A stretch of DNA of 55,335 nt from Fidelibacterota bacterium. Its GTDB lineage: Bacteria; Fidelibacterota; UBA8477. The notes below the pieces were generated by a model. That model had not been told where the DNA came from, made no database searches, and worked only from the letters and a program-made list of their open reading frames with translations. Both the position numbers and the translations under genes were made by a program. The first letter of the stretch is position 1. Each line of letters begins with the position of its first letter. Positions 19,790 to 29,733 of this stretch are shown here, in pieces. The stretch covers positions 1-55,335 of the forward strand of contig JAIPJQ010000004.1 of the NCBI GenBank assembly GCA_021734065.1, in the 5' to 3' direction.

Positions 19790-20443
19790 ATGAGGCACTT
19801 TTTAATCACCCTGGGCATTCTGGGAGGAATTTTCTTATCCAATTGCACTTACGTGCCCATACCACTACCACAAGAGTATAAGCTTGCCAGTGAAGCGTAT
19901 GTGAATGATCAGGTGTCTGCGGCTATGAGTAGCGAAATTGGCGCCATGATTGACTCCATGCGCACCGAAACATCCAAAATGGTTGGTCTGGCGCTGGACA
20001 GTCTGATCACAAGCCAATCTGAAATTAGGGAGATGGTGCTGGCCAATCAGGCATTGCAGGCAGATCTGGAAACATTGATGCGGGAACAGAGCGCCGGCGT
20101 TACCGACAACACGACGCGCCTGAATGAGATGGATCGCCTCGTCGAAGAGATGAACATCCTTCAGAATGAATTGATCAAACATGTGGAAAATATGCCTCTG
20201 GTTACCCTGACCACCATCCAGAAGGCGATCGCCAGCTATCGCGCGCGTCCCATTCAGGTCTCACGACCCGAACCGGCTAAAATTCCGGCCCCGGTTGTGG
20301 ATAAAAAGCCCGCACCAACCACCCCGGTCGAACCCGTGGATCAGGCGCCTGAAGAACCACCAGCTGAACCGGTAAGTACTCCCCCTGCCAACGACTCGGA
20401 CGAGATGATGGAACCCGATTCAGTTGGTCAAACCGGGAATTAA
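19790..20443 (+). CDS. Hypothetical lipoprotein with coiled-coil core and Pro-rich tail
   Basis: RBS GGGAGGG before ATG 19790; signal peptide with lipobox LSNC; heptad-like middle; PEPAKIPAPVV...PPA tail. Confidence 0.7.
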   Translation: MRHFLITLGILGGIFLSNCTYVPIPLPQEYKLASEAYVNDQVSAAMSSEIGAMIDSMRTETSKMVGLALDSLITSQSEIREMVLANQALQADLETLMREQSAGVTDNTTRLNEMDRLVEEMNILQNELIKHVENMPLVTLTTIQKAIASYRARPIQVSRPEPAKIPAPVVDKKPAPTTPVEPVDQAPEEPPAEPVSTPPANDSDEMMEPDSVGQTGN

Positions 20444-20516
20444 TTTTCTCCAAAGCAAAATATTGACAGGGTTGGTATTGCCGTCTATATTTGCCGCGCT
20501 TTAATGACAGGAGCTG

Positions 20517-20711
20517 ATGATGGCACAATTTTGTAAAATATGCGGTAAAGGTCCCAGGACCGGGAACAATGTGAGTCACTCTCACAAAAAGAGTCGGCGT
20601 CGCTGGTTGCCCAATCTCCAACGGGTACGGATCATGCTGGATGGCCGGCCGGTGCGCGTTCGGGTATGTACCACCTGTATCAAATCCGACCGCATTGTGA
20701 AAGCCGCCTAA
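20517..20711 (+). CDS. rpmB: 50S ribosomal protein L28 (Zn-binding form)
   Basis: CKICGK...GNNVSHSHKKSRRRWLPNLQ...VCTTCIKS. Confidence 0.97.
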   Translation: MMAQFCKICGKGPRTGNNVSHSHKKSRRRWLPNLQRVRIMLDGRPVRVRVCTTCIKSDRIVKAA

Positions 20712-20756
20712 GTTTTATTACCCCACTTAGTTCGGTAATAAAATCAGAAATAATTG

Positions 20757-20780
20757 AGAAGCCTCCGTGCGAGGCTTCTT
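20757..20780 (+). terminator. Probable intrinsic terminator after rpmB
   Basis: Perfect 9-bp stem AGAAGCCTC/GAGGCTTCT (20757-20765/20771-20779); weak U-tract. Confidence 0.55.
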
Positions 20781-20846
20781 GACGTCATGGCGTGAATTTC
20801 CGCGAAATTCTGTTTAACACCCACTTCCTACCGGTTACATTTCTCA

Positions 20847-22439
20847 ATGCCAAGTTCAGAAATGGAACCTTTTGATTACATCGTTATCGGCAGCGGATTC
20901 GGCGGATCGGTCTCCGCCTTGCGGTTGGCTGAAAAAGGGTACAGGGTAGCGGTGTTGGAAAAGGGTAAGCGCTATCGTCCCCAAGATTTTGCCAAAACCA
21001 ACTGGAATTTCCGCAGGTATTTCTGGATGCCAAAGCTGCACTTTTACGGCATTCAATGCCTGGCGCTACTCCGGAATGCGTTCATTCTGCACGGCGCCGG
21101 CGTGGGTGGCGGCAGTCTGGTCTATGCCAATAATTTGCTCATCCCGCCGGACCAGGTTTTTCAAAAACCGGGTTGGGGACCCGGTGACTGGCAATCAAAA
21201 TTACAGCCGCATTACCGCGCTGCCCAAAGGATGCTGGGTGCAACACCTGCAGCCCGAACGGACGAAGCTGATCGTTTACTTGCAGAGGTGAGCGCTGAAA
21301 TTCGTAGCAAAGACACATTTCACATCAATGATGTGGGCGTTTATTTCGGTGAACCGGGCAAGACAGTTGAAGATCCATTTTTTAATGGTGAAGGACCTGA
21401 ACGCACCGGGTGTACCTATTGCGGCGCTTGCATGGTAGGCTGCCGGGATGGTGGAAAAAATACGCTGGATAAAAATTACCTGTTTCTGGCTGAAAAAAGA
21501 GGCGTTGAAATCCTCCCGGAAATGGAAGTGCTGGACGTGAAGCCCAACGGAGACAAGGGTTATACCATTATCACACAAAAATCCACCGGCTTCAGACATC
21601 CCCAAAAAGCATTTCATGCCCGGGGCGTCGTTTTTTCCGGGGGTGTGATGGGTTCGGTAAAACTCCTCCTCAAGTGTAAGACGAAAGATTCTCTCCCCCG
21701 CCTTAGCGATCAGTTGGGTAATTTTGTACGCACCAATGCGGAAGCTTTACTGGCGGTGAATGCCCGGGATAAAGATGCGGATTACAGTGGTCAAATTGCT
21801 ATCACCAGTGGGGTTTATCCCGATGCTGAAACCCACATGGAAATCGTTCGGTATCCAAAAAATTCAGACGCCATGGCACTTTTATCCACCCTGCTGGTTG
21901 GTGGTGGAAAACCCTGGCCACGACCCTTGCGATTGGTGGGGAATATCATTCGGCATCCATTACGCTTTCTGCATTCACTCTGGCCTTTCAACTGGGCACA
22001 GCGTACACCGATTGTTCTGGTGATGCAGACAGTGGATAATCACATGCGCCTTACTTTTAAGCGGCGGTGGTGGCGGTTTGGAAAACACAGCTTTAATTCT
22101 ACTATGCCGAAGGAACACAAAATTCCCAGTTACATCCCCATTGCAAATAAAGTAACCAAGCGCCTGGCTGAAAAAATGAATGGACGACCTCTGAGTATTT
22201 TGCCGGAAGTTCTCTTCGATGTAACCTCCACGGCGCACATTCTTGGCGGTTGTCGGATGAGTGAAACACCCGAAACCGGTGTCGTGGACTTTCAGGGTAA
22301 AGTCCATGGTTATGATAATCTTTATGTAGTGGACGGATCCATCGTCCCGGTAAATCTGGGTGTGAATCCCAGCCTCACCATTACCGCATTGGCTGAGTAT
22401 GTCATGTCCCATTTTCCTGAAAATCCATCCCATGCTTAA
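20847..22439 (+). CDS. GMC-family FAD oxidoreductase, cholesterol oxidase ChoD-like
   Basis: IVIGSGFGGSVSALRLAEKGY, GAGVGGGSLVYAN, CTYCGACMVGC, KNTLDKNYL, TAHILGGC, VVDGS, GVNPSLTITALAE. Confidence 0.85.
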   Translation: MPSSEMEPFDYIVIGSGFGGSVSALRLAEKGYRVAVLEKGKRYRPQDFAKTNWNFRRYFWMPKLHFYGIQCLALLRNAFILHGAGVGGGSLVYANNLLIPPDQVFQKPGWGPGDWQSKLQPHYRAAQRMLGATPAARTDEADRLLAEVSAEIRSKDTFHINDVGVYFGEPGKTVEDPFFNGEGPERTGCTYCGACMVGCRDGGKNTLDKNYLFLAEKRGVEILPEMEVLDVKPNGDKGYTIITQKSTGFRHPQKAFHARGVVFSGGVMGSVKLLLKCKTKDSLPRLSDQLGNFVRTNAEALLAVNARDKDADYSGQIAITSGVYPDAETHMEIVRYPKNSDAMALLSTLLVGGGKPWPRPLRLVGNIIRHPLRFLHSLWPFNWAQRTPIVLVMQTVDNHMRLTFKRRWWRFGKHSFNSTMPKEHKIPSYIPIANKVTKRLAEKMNGRPLSILPEVLFDVTSTAHILGGCRMSETPETGVVDFQGKVHGYDNLYVVDGSIVPVNLGVNPSLTITALAEYVMSHFPENPSHA

Positions 22440-22480
22440 ACCAGGTTCAGCGCATCAACGAACTCACACAGAAGTACACC

Positions 22481-23398
22481 ATGAATAATTCCAATCAACT
22501 TGCGATTCAGACGGAGGGACTCACCAAACATTTCGGTGTGATACACGCCCTGCAGGATGTGTCGCTGCAGGTCCCGGAGGGGACAATATTTGGCTTTTTG
22601 GGTCCTAATGGCGCCGGCAAGTCTACACTGATCCGTGTTTTAACAGGGTTGATCCACGCCTCTGCCGGTCATTTTGCAATTCTGGGGCGACGGTCGAAAC
22701 ACAATTTCCAACTGCGTCAGGGCATTGGTGCATTGGTGGACCGGGCGGATTTTTACAAGCAATTGTCAGGTTACCATAACCTGGAATTGTTGGCGCGCAT
22801 GAGCGGTCACAATAAACCATCGCATTTGAATGACATTCTACACCAGGTGGGATTGTACAACCGGCGGCACGATAAAGTGAAATCCTACAGCCAGGGCATG
22901 AAACAACGGTTGGGATTAGGCCAGGCATTGCTGGGCGATCCAAAACTATTGATTCTGGACGAGCCCACCACCGGGTTGGACCCAATCGGAATGGTGGAGA
23001 TTCGGGATTTCATCCGGAAAATCGCTGAGGAACGCAGTGCCACCATTTTTCTCTCCTCGCATCTGCTCCACGAGGTGGAAGAGTTGTGCACCCACATTGG
23101 TCTAATTTTTTCGGGTGATCTGGTGGCTCACGGTTCTATTGAGGACCTATTCCAACACATGGGTGAAATTACACTGGATCTGGAGGTCACCCCCACCGAT
23201 GTGGCCGAAAAGTTCCTGAATAGCAATGATTTGGTCCAATCCTGCCAACAGACAGCCACCACGTTGCGGGTTTCTATTTTATACGAGAATGTCCCTGAGC
23301 TTCTGCGGCAGCTCGCCCGGCAGGAGGTGAATATTTTCAGCGCCTCCCAGAAAAACCGGCTGGAAGCATTTTTCCTTGCCCAGGCGGAGGGCAAATGA
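22481..23398 (+). CDS. ABC-2 type transporter ATP-binding protein
   Basis: GPNGAGKST, YSQGMKQRL, LILDEPTTGLDP, LSSHLLHEV. Confidence 0.93.
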   Translation: MNNSNQLAIQTEGLTKHFGVIHALQDVSLQVPEGTIFGFLGPNGAGKSTLIRVLTGLIHASAGHFAILGRRSKHNFQLRQGIGALVDRADFYKQLSGYHNLELLARMSGHNKPSHLNDILHQVGLYNRRHDKVKSYSQGMKQRLGLGQALLGDPKLLILDEPTTGLDPIGMVEIRDFIRKIAEERSATIFLSSHLLHEVEELCTHIGLIFSGDLVAHGSIEDLFQHMGEITLDLEVTPTDVAEKFLNSNDLVQSCQQTATTLRVSILYENVPELLRQLARQEVNIFSASQKNRLEAFFLAQAEGK

Positions 23399-24237
23399 TC
23401 TACCTGACCCTGATTCGAAACGAACTATTCAAAATTTTCAGCTATTGGCGCACCTACATGAGCTATTTCTTTATTCTGTTGCTGGTGCCGCTGTTTTTCT
23501 GGGGATTCAGCGTTGGTGGCAGCAGCATTGAGCGCCAATTGACCAATGCCATGGGAGACCATTTTCTCATGGTTGGAAAATTGGTGAATGCTTTCACGGT
23601 GGCCTATTTTGTACTGAATTTCCTATGGATTCATATCCCCTTTCTTATTGCTCTGGTGGGTGGGGATGTTCTGGCCGGTGAAGAGGCGGTGGGAACTTAC
23701 CGGGTCTATCTCACCCGGCCTGTCTCGCGCTGGAGGATTTTCCTGTCCAAGAGCATTGCCACACTCCTTTATACCTTGTCTGTGATCCTGTTTTTGGGCA
23801 TCATGAGTATCGGCGTGGGCGCACTCTGGATGGGATTGGGTGATTTGGTGGTCTTGCAGGATGGAATCTTGGTTCTGCCGGCGGGAACGGCATTTGTGCG
23901 ATTCGCCCTGGCCTATGGCTTGTCATTCCTCAATATGTCGATGGTAGCGACCCTGGCAATCCTCTTTTCTGCCATGGTGAAAAATGCCGTGGGACCCGTG
24001 ATTGGGACTATGGCAATCGTCATCATTTTCTTCGCCATCAGTTCGTTACCGCTGGATTTCTTCGAGACAATCCGACCCTTCTTTTTCACCACCTATTTTG
24101 ATTCCTGGACCAAAGCATTTTACGATCCCATCCCCTGGGATTACCTCTGGTTGTCCACCTGGACGGCATTGCTCCATATTGTCCTGTTTTTAGGAGGCGC
24201 CTTCCTTATTTTCAAACGAAAGGACATCCTGTCATGA
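23395..24237 (+). CDS. ABC-2 type transporter permease
   Basis: IRNELFK start, GEEAVGTYRVYLTRPVSRWRIFLSK, six TM segments; 4-nt overlap with the ATPase. Confidence 0.9.
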   Translation: MIYLTLIRNELFKIFSYWRTYMSYFFILLLVPLFFWGFSVGGSSIERQLTNAMGDHFLMVGKLVNAFTVAYFVLNFLWIHIPFLIALVGGDVLAGEEAVGTYRVYLTRPVSRWRIFLSKSIATLLYTLSVILFLGIMSIGVGALWMGLGDLVVLQDGILVLPAGTAFVRFALAYGLSFLNMSMVATLAILFSAMVKNAVGPVIGTMAIVIIFFAISSLPLDFFETIRPFFFTTYFDSWTKAFYDPIPWDYLWLSTWTALLHIVLFLGGAFLIFKRKDILS

Positions 24238-24941
24238 TACGCCCGCTTTCAATGCTTCTCATCGCCACAATCATCTGGGCGCAACCGCTGAAATCACCGG
24301 AGGAAATTTTCAATCTGGTACGTGAAAATTTGAGCCTCATTCAGGACTACCAGGTGGACATGAAAATCAAGGTCGCCATGCCCGGATTTCGTATGCCGGG
24401 GAAAAAAGTGAGTTATGCATTCAAAGTACCGGACAAGGTCAAATTAGAAACCACCGGATTCGCCGTCGTCCCCCGCCAGGGAATTCTGCCGTTTTATAAT
24501 GAACTCATGAATGATTCCCTACAGATTAATGTAGAAACCCTGGAGCGCACCACCATAGATGGCGAAAATGTGTGGGTGGTGGCGTTTCAGGATTCGCTCT
24601 ATAGGCAGGATGCCCTGATCAAACTGTGGGTCACCGACCCTCATGGAACCATTTTAAAGGGAGTCGCTACGATTGGTGGTAAAGATGTACTCACTCTCAC
24701 CTCCCAATATGCTCATGTGGAAGGAATCGCCTGGATGCCGGTGGAAACAGAGATGGAAATCATGCTGCCGGGCCAGATGAAGACGCTCCAGCATTTCAAC
24801 AGCACGCCCCAGGCCAAGATGGACGTGATGAACAGTCTGCGGGATACTACGGAAACACCGGTGTCCGGTAGCATTCACCTGGAATTCTCCAAATACAAGC
24901 TGAACCGGGGTCTGCCTGACAGCTTTTTCCAAGAGGATTAA
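24234..24941 (+). CDS. Periplasmic LolA-like / lipoprotein-sorting-fold protein
   Basis: Signal peptide; IQDYQVDMKIKV...YAFKVPDKVKLET; ends LEFSKYKLNRGLPDSFF, a typical LolA-like C-terminus. Confidence 0.6.
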   Translation: MIRPLSMLLIATIIWAQPLKSPEEIFNLVRENLSLIQDYQVDMKIKVAMPGFRMPGKKVSYAFKVPDKVKLETTGFAVVPRQGILPFYNELMNDSLQINVETLERTTIDGENVWVVAFQDSLYRQDALIKLWVTDPHGTILKGVATIGGKDVLTLTSQYAHVEGIAWMPVETEMEIMLPGQMKTLQHFNSTPQAKMDVMNSLRDTTETPVSGSIHLEFSKYKLNRGLPDSFFQED

Positions 24942-24960
24942 ATCTCGATTTCTCCATTTT

Positions 24961-24985
24961 CTCAACTGATTTCAAGTTGAGTTTT
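24961..24985 (+). terminator. Probable intrinsic terminator after the LolA-like gene
   Basis: CTCAACT/AGTTGAG stem followed by TTTT. Confidence 0.45.
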
Positions 24986-25045
24986 CACCCCATAAAAGCT
25001 ACATTTCGCGGCTCATTAAAAAGGTGAAGCTGAAGGAGTTGAAAC

Positions 25046-25987
25046 TTGAAAACAGCGGTTGTTGCGCTGGGCGGAAATGCCATCTCACCGGTGGGTGAAG
25101 TCGATACCATTGCCAAACAATTTACACAAACCCGGAAAAGCCTGAATGCCATTATACAGCTGTTAAAAAATGACATTCTGCCAGTAATTTCTCACGGAAA
25201 CGGCCCCCAGGTTGGCAGCGCCTTGTTACGCACCGAAATGACCGCTGACAAGCTCATGTATCTCCCGCTGGGGATTTGTGTCGCAGACACCGAAGGCGGC
25301 ATGGGATATATGATTGAACAGAGTCTCCAGAACCGTCTCAGGGATGAAAATATCAACCGCACGGTAGTGACACTTGTAACCCAGGTTGTGGTGTCCAAAG
25401 ATGATCCTTCCATCACCGACCCCAGCAAATTTATCGGACCGGCACTTCCTGAAGAGGACGCGCGGAGACGAGCCAAACGATTTGGCTGGCAGATCAAACC
25501 TTACGGGGAAGACAAATGGCGCCGCGTTGTGCCATCCCCGGAACCCATTGAGATCGTCAACCGGGAAGCGATTCGACATCTGGTGGAGAATGGTCATATT
25601 GTCATTGCAGCCGGTGGTGGTGGTGTGCCGGTATATTATGATGAGCATGGGAATCTGGAGGGTATGGACGCCGTTATTGATAAAGACCGGGCTTCTGCAC
25701 TCATGGCGAATCAAATCGGTGCCGAGACACTATTCATCCTCACGGCTGTTCCAAAAGTAGCGCTGAATTTTGGTAAACCAGATCAGGTGTGGCTGGACCA
25801 CATGACGATTAGGGAAGCGGAACGATATCTGGCCGAAGGACATTTCCCCGGTGGCAGCATGGGACCGAAAATTGAAGCGGCTGTGAAATTTCTGAAAAAT
25901 GGCGGTCAACGCGTCGTCATCACGGATATTGAAACACTGAGTGAGCAGTTTAATGACACACTGGGAACCGTCATCACCCGGGACTGA
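25046..25987 (+). CDS. arcC: Carbamate kinase
   Basis: VVALGGNAI, SHGNGPQVG, ADTEGGMGY, PSKFIGP, WRRVVPSPEP, GGGGVPV, AVIDKD, GSMGPKI; TTG start with GGAG RBS. Confidence 0.96.
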   Translation: MKTAVVALGGNAISPVGEVDTIAKQFTQTRKSLNAIIQLLKNDILPVISHGNGPQVGSALLRTEMTADKLMYLPLGICVADTEGGMGYMIEQSLQNRLRDENINRTVVTLVTQVVVSKDDPSITDPSKFIGPALPEEDARRRAKRFGWQIKPYGEDKWRRVVPSPEPIEIVNREAIRHLVENGHIVIAAGGGGVPVYYDEHGNLEGMDAVIDKDRASALMANQIGAETLFILTAVPKVALNFGKPDQVWLDHMTIREAERYLAEGHFPGGSMGPKIEAAVKFLKNGGQRVVITDIETLSEQFNDTLGTVITRD

Positions 25988-26092
25988 CAGGACGATTACA
26001 ATTACAATGCACTTCAACCTCTTCGCTCCTCACACCAATCATAAACTTCCTTTTCAACACAGTTATTTTGATAATCATAACAAGGGGACATC

Positions 26093-27256
26093 ATGAAAAT
26101 TCATGAATACCAGGCCAAGGAGATTTTCCGGAAATACAATGTTCCGGTACCCGATGGCAATGTTGCATTTAATCCTGACGAAGCAGTAGAAGTCGCTGAA
26201 TCCCTGGACTCACAGGTCTATGTGGTAAAAGCGCAAATTCATGCCGGTGGCCGTGGTAAGGGCGGCGGTGTGAAATTGGCCCAATCAACGGATGAAGTTC
26301 GTTCGCTGGCTGAAGCCATGCTGGGCATGACGCTGGTGACACACCAAACCGGACCCGGGGGAAAAGAGGTTCAGCGTATCCTTGTGGAGCAGGGCGTAGA
26401 CATCAAACGCGAATTGTATGTGGGAATTGTACTGGACCGCCAAGCCGGCAAAGATGTGTTTATGGTTTCCACAGAAGGTGGTGTGGAGATCGAGAAGGTC
26501 GCCGCGGAAACGCCGGAGAAAATTATCAAGGAATGGGTAGAGCCCGGTTTGGGCTTACAGACATTTCAGGCACGGAAACTGGCCTATGCTTTGGGGCTTG
26601 AAGGAAATCAGGTACGCAGCGCCGTAAAATTTTTCCACGCGCTGTATAAGGCCTATTCTGCTTCCGATGCATCATTGGCCGAGATTAACCCGCTGGTGGT
26701 CACCGGAAGTGGCGACGTCATGGCGCTGGATGCCAAGATGAATTTTGACGACAATGCCCTGTTCCGTCACAAAGACATCATGGAATTACGGGATCTGTCC
26801 GAAGAGGAGCCCTCGGAAATCGAGGCCACCAAGCACAACCTGAATTACATCAAACTAGATGGCAATGTGGGTTGCATGGTGAATGGCGCCGGACTGGCCA
26901 TGGCCACCATGGACATTATTAAACTTCATGGCGGCGAACCGGCAAATTTCCTGGATGTGGGCGGTGTGGCGAACGCCGAAACGGTGGCAAACGGGTTTCG
27001 TATCATTATGAACGACCCCAATGTGAAGGCTGTTTTAATCAACATTTTTGGTGGAATTGTGCGGTGTGACCGTGTGGCTCAGGGCGTGATAGACGCATTA
27101 AATCTGGTGAAGGTGAATGTCCCGCTGGTGGTGCGTCTGGAAGGCACGAATGCCAAAGAAGCGGCTGAACTACTGGAAAATTCCAATCTGGATTTTCTGG
27201 TGGCCAACAGCCTGGAAGACGCTGCAAAAAAAGTAACCGCTGCCATCAAGGAGTAA
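26093..27256 (+). CDS. sucC: Succinyl-CoA synthetase beta subunit
   Basis: [59 protein letters not shown]. Confidence 0.98.
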   Translation: MKIHEYQAKEIFRKYNVPVPDGNVAFNPDEAVEVAESLDSQVYVVKAQIHAGGRGKGGGVKLAQSTDEVRSLAEAMLGMTLVTHQTGPGGKEVQRILVEQGVDIKRELYVGIVLDRQAGKDVFMVSTEGGVEIEKVAAETPEKIIKEWVEPGLGLQTFQARKLAYALGLEGNQVRSAVKFFHALYKAYSASDASLAEINPLVVTGSGDVMALDAKMNFDDNALFRHKDIMELRDLSEEEPSEIEATKHNLNYIKLDGNVGCMVNGAGLAMATMDIIKLHGGEPANFLDVGGVANAETVANGFRIIMNDPNVKAVLINIFGGIVRCDRVAQGVIDALNLVKVNVPLVVRLEGTNAKEAAELLENSNLDFLVANSLEDAAKKVTAAIKE

Positions 27257-27262
27257 GTGACC

Positions 27263-28138
27263 ATGAGTATTTTAGTGAATGATAATACACGTCTGATCGT
27301 TCAGGGCATCACCGGTAGTGAAGGTTCTTTTCATACGCAACAAATGATTGAATATGGCACCCAAGTTGTGGCTGGTGTGACTCCCGGTAAAGGCGGGCAA
27401 AAGACCGAGCACAGTGTCCCTATTTTTAATACCGTTTCGGAAGCCCAAAATGCTACTGATGCCAATACATCCGTTATTTTTGTACCTCCACCCTTTGCCG
27501 CTGATGCTATTATGGAAGCTACGGATGCAGATCTGGATCTGGTCATTTGTATTACGGAAGGCATCCCCGTGCAGGACATGGTGAAGGTAAAAACTTATAT
27601 GGCAGGGCGGAAAACGCGCCTAGTGGGTCCCAACTGCCCCGGCGTTATTTCCCCGGGCAAAGCCAAAATCGGTATAATGCCTGGCTTTATCCATAAAAAA
27701 GGCAGCGTGGGTGTCATCAGTCGCTCCGGTACCCTCACCTACGAAGCAGTTCATCAGCTCACCACCCGGAATATCGGGCAATCCACTTGTATCGGGATTG
27801 GTGGTGATCCGATCAATGGAACGAACTTTATCGACTTGTTGAAAATGTTTCAGGATGACCCTAACACAGACGCGGTAGTACTCATCGGTGAGATCGGTGG
27901 GACCGCCGAAGAAGAAGCCGCTGCGTGGGCGCAGGCAAATTTCAGCAAACCAATTGTGGCATTCATTGCCGGCCAGACTGCACCTCCGGGACGCCGAATG
28001 GGTCATGCCGGAGCCATTATTTCCGGTGGTAAAGGCACTGCCGAAGATAAAGTAAAAGCCCTGCGGGATGCGGGCATCATCGTGTCCGATAGTCCGGCCA
28101 CAATTGGTGAGCTGATTGAAAAAGCGCTGCAGAACTGA
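27263..28138 (+). CDS. sucD: Succinyl-CoA synthetase alpha subunit
   Basis: [43 protein letters not shown] (phospho-His). Confidence 0.98.
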   Translation: MSILVNDNTRLIVQGITGSEGSFHTQQMIEYGTQVVAGVTPGKGGQKTEHSVPIFNTVSEAQNATDANTSVIFVPPPFAADAIMEATDADLDLVICITEGIPVQDMVKVKTYMAGRKTRLVGPNCPGVISPGKAKIGIMPGFIHKKGSVGVISRSGTLTYEAVHQLTTRNIGQSTCIGIGGDPINGTNFIDLLKMFQDDPNTDAVVLIGEIGGTAEEEAAAWAQANFSKPIVAFIAGQTAPPGRRMGHAGAIISGGKGTAEDKVKALRDAGIIVSDSPATIGELIEKALQN

Positions 28139-28221
28139 TATTCAGAGCGTGAAGCTGAATTTGAAGTGAGATTTGGGGAGAGTCCCGAATTAAAAATGAC
28201 AACTAAAGAACAGATACAGGA

Positions 28222-28656
28222 GTGACTGAATTGGGAAATCGTACTTTTGCCATGATCAAACCCGATGCCGTTGAAAGCGGCAAATGGGGTAAAATCATTG
28301 ACCACATTATTGCCGAAGATTACAAAATCCTGGGTGTAAAGATGCAGCGAATGTCTGAAGCAGAAGCTCGGGCATTTTATGCGGTGCACAAAGAACGACC
28401 GTTTTACGAAGAATTGGTGGAATTTATGTCTTCCGGCCCCAGCGTTTTGCTGGTGCTGGAAAAAGCAGATGCGGTTCCTGCCTGGCGCGATACCATCGGC
28501 GCTACGGATCCTGCAGAAGCAGCAGCCGGAACTATTCGGGCAAAATTCGCTGAAAACAAGGGCCGTAATGCCGTGCATGGCTCCGATTCTGACGAAAATG
28601 CCCAGAAAGAAATTGCATTTTTCTTTAGTGAAGCTGAACTTATTTTAAACCAATAA
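28222..28656 (+). CDS. ndk: Nucleoside diphosphate kinase
   Basis: RTFAMIKPDAV, FYAVHKERPFY, GATDP, GTIRAKF, RNAVHGSDS. Confidence 0.98.
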   Translation: MTELGNRTFAMIKPDAVESGKWGKIIDHIIAEDYKILGVKMQRMSEAEARAFYAVHKERPFYEELVEFMSSGPSVLLVLEKADAVPAWRDTIGATDPAEAAAGTIRAKFAENKGRNAVHGSDSDENAQKEIAFFFSEAELILNQ

Positions 28657-28686
28657 CTTCAGGCGAATTCAGTTGGGAGGCTGTGA

Positions 28687-29577
28687 ATGTCCAGAGTAAA
28701 AATTCTTGTACTGAGCGCCACGATAGCCATCGTATTGAGTGGTTGTGACCTCTGGAATAAATACATGGGTCGGGAAGATGTTGCCCTTGGCGAGTATATC
28801 ACCGTTGAGCATAGCGGTCCCGGCAGTGCACGATGGACTTTCACAGCCTTTCCCGACAGTAGTACGCTCACACCCAACGACATCCTACCGTCAGACACCT
28901 CTCTCATCATCTCTTTTCTGCCGGATGTTCCCGGTAAATATGACTTTCAGCTTGCCATTAATAGCGATGGAGCCATTGACCTGAAGAACTTTTATTATTC
29001 CGTTGAAATGCCCGCCAGTGGCGAATTGGTGTTGAGTGAAATCCCGGATCACCTAAAAGTTTATCTCAACACACGGGATACGCTGGATTCGCTGGGGCTT
29101 AATAGTGCGGGTAATGGCCGGGATACCAACCAACGCAGCTATCTGGACAAAGTGGTGTCTCCAAAGGAATACACTGCCATGCAGACGAAACACGACACCC
29201 AGCCTGCTGCAAAATCAAAACCTGCGGCAAAGCCCAAACCGACCATGCGGAAAAAATCCACACCAACCAGACCGACTGCGTCCAGCAGTGAGCCAAACCG
29301 CGGGAATCTGGTTCCCCGGGCCAACAAAAGTTTTACCATCCAAATTTCCTCCTGGGAATCACTGGAAGAAGCTCAGGCTGCGGTAAAAAGTCTGCGTGGT
29401 ACTTATGGGCTGGAAGGATATATCCAGCGTGTCTTTTTCAAAGATACCGACCAGGTATTTTACCGGGTGCGGGTAGGGAATTACAAGACCTACTCAGAGG
29501 CAAAGGCCGCTGCAAAAGATGTTCAGCGAACAACAAATTTCCCTGTTTGGGTTGACTATGTACGCAAAGAGATGTAA
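28687..29577 (+). CDS. SPOR-domain lipoprotein with N-terminal PKD/Ig-like domain
   Basis: Lipobox LSGC; WTFTAFP...SFLPDVPGKYDFQL (PKD-like); basic Pro-rich linker; FTIQISSW...FYRVRVGNYKTYSEA (SPOR). Confidence 0.78.
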   Translation: MSRVKILVLSATIAIVLSGCDLWNKYMGREDVALGEYITVEHSGPGSARWTFTAFPDSSTLTPNDILPSDTSLIISFLPDVPGKYDFQLAINSDGAIDLKNFYYSVEMPASGELVLSEIPDHLKVYLNTRDTLDSLGLNSAGNGRDTNQRSYLDKVVSPKEYTAMQTKHDTQPAAKSKPAAKPKPTMRKKSTPTRPTASSSEPNRGNLVPRANKSFTIQISSWESLEEAQAAVKSLRGTYGLEGYIQRVFFKDTDQVFYRVRVGNYKTYSEAKAAAKDVQRTTNFPVWVDYVRKEM

Positions 29578-29733
29578 TGGCGTCGAATGCTGTTATTTCT
29601 TATCCGCTTCAATACCCTTTCAAAAACGACTTTTTCAAATAAGCCAACTGGCTATTGCTATTTAATGTGTTTGCTGTGGTCACTTACACTAAACGATTTT
29701 GGAACTGATTTGAATATTTTAGGAGGATGAGTC

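Noticed and set aside
20713-20743. AT-rich inverted repeat TTTTATTACC/GGTAATAAAA after rpmB
   Set aside because: Wrong polarity for a terminator and very AT-rich; the nearby 20757-20780 hairpin explains termination
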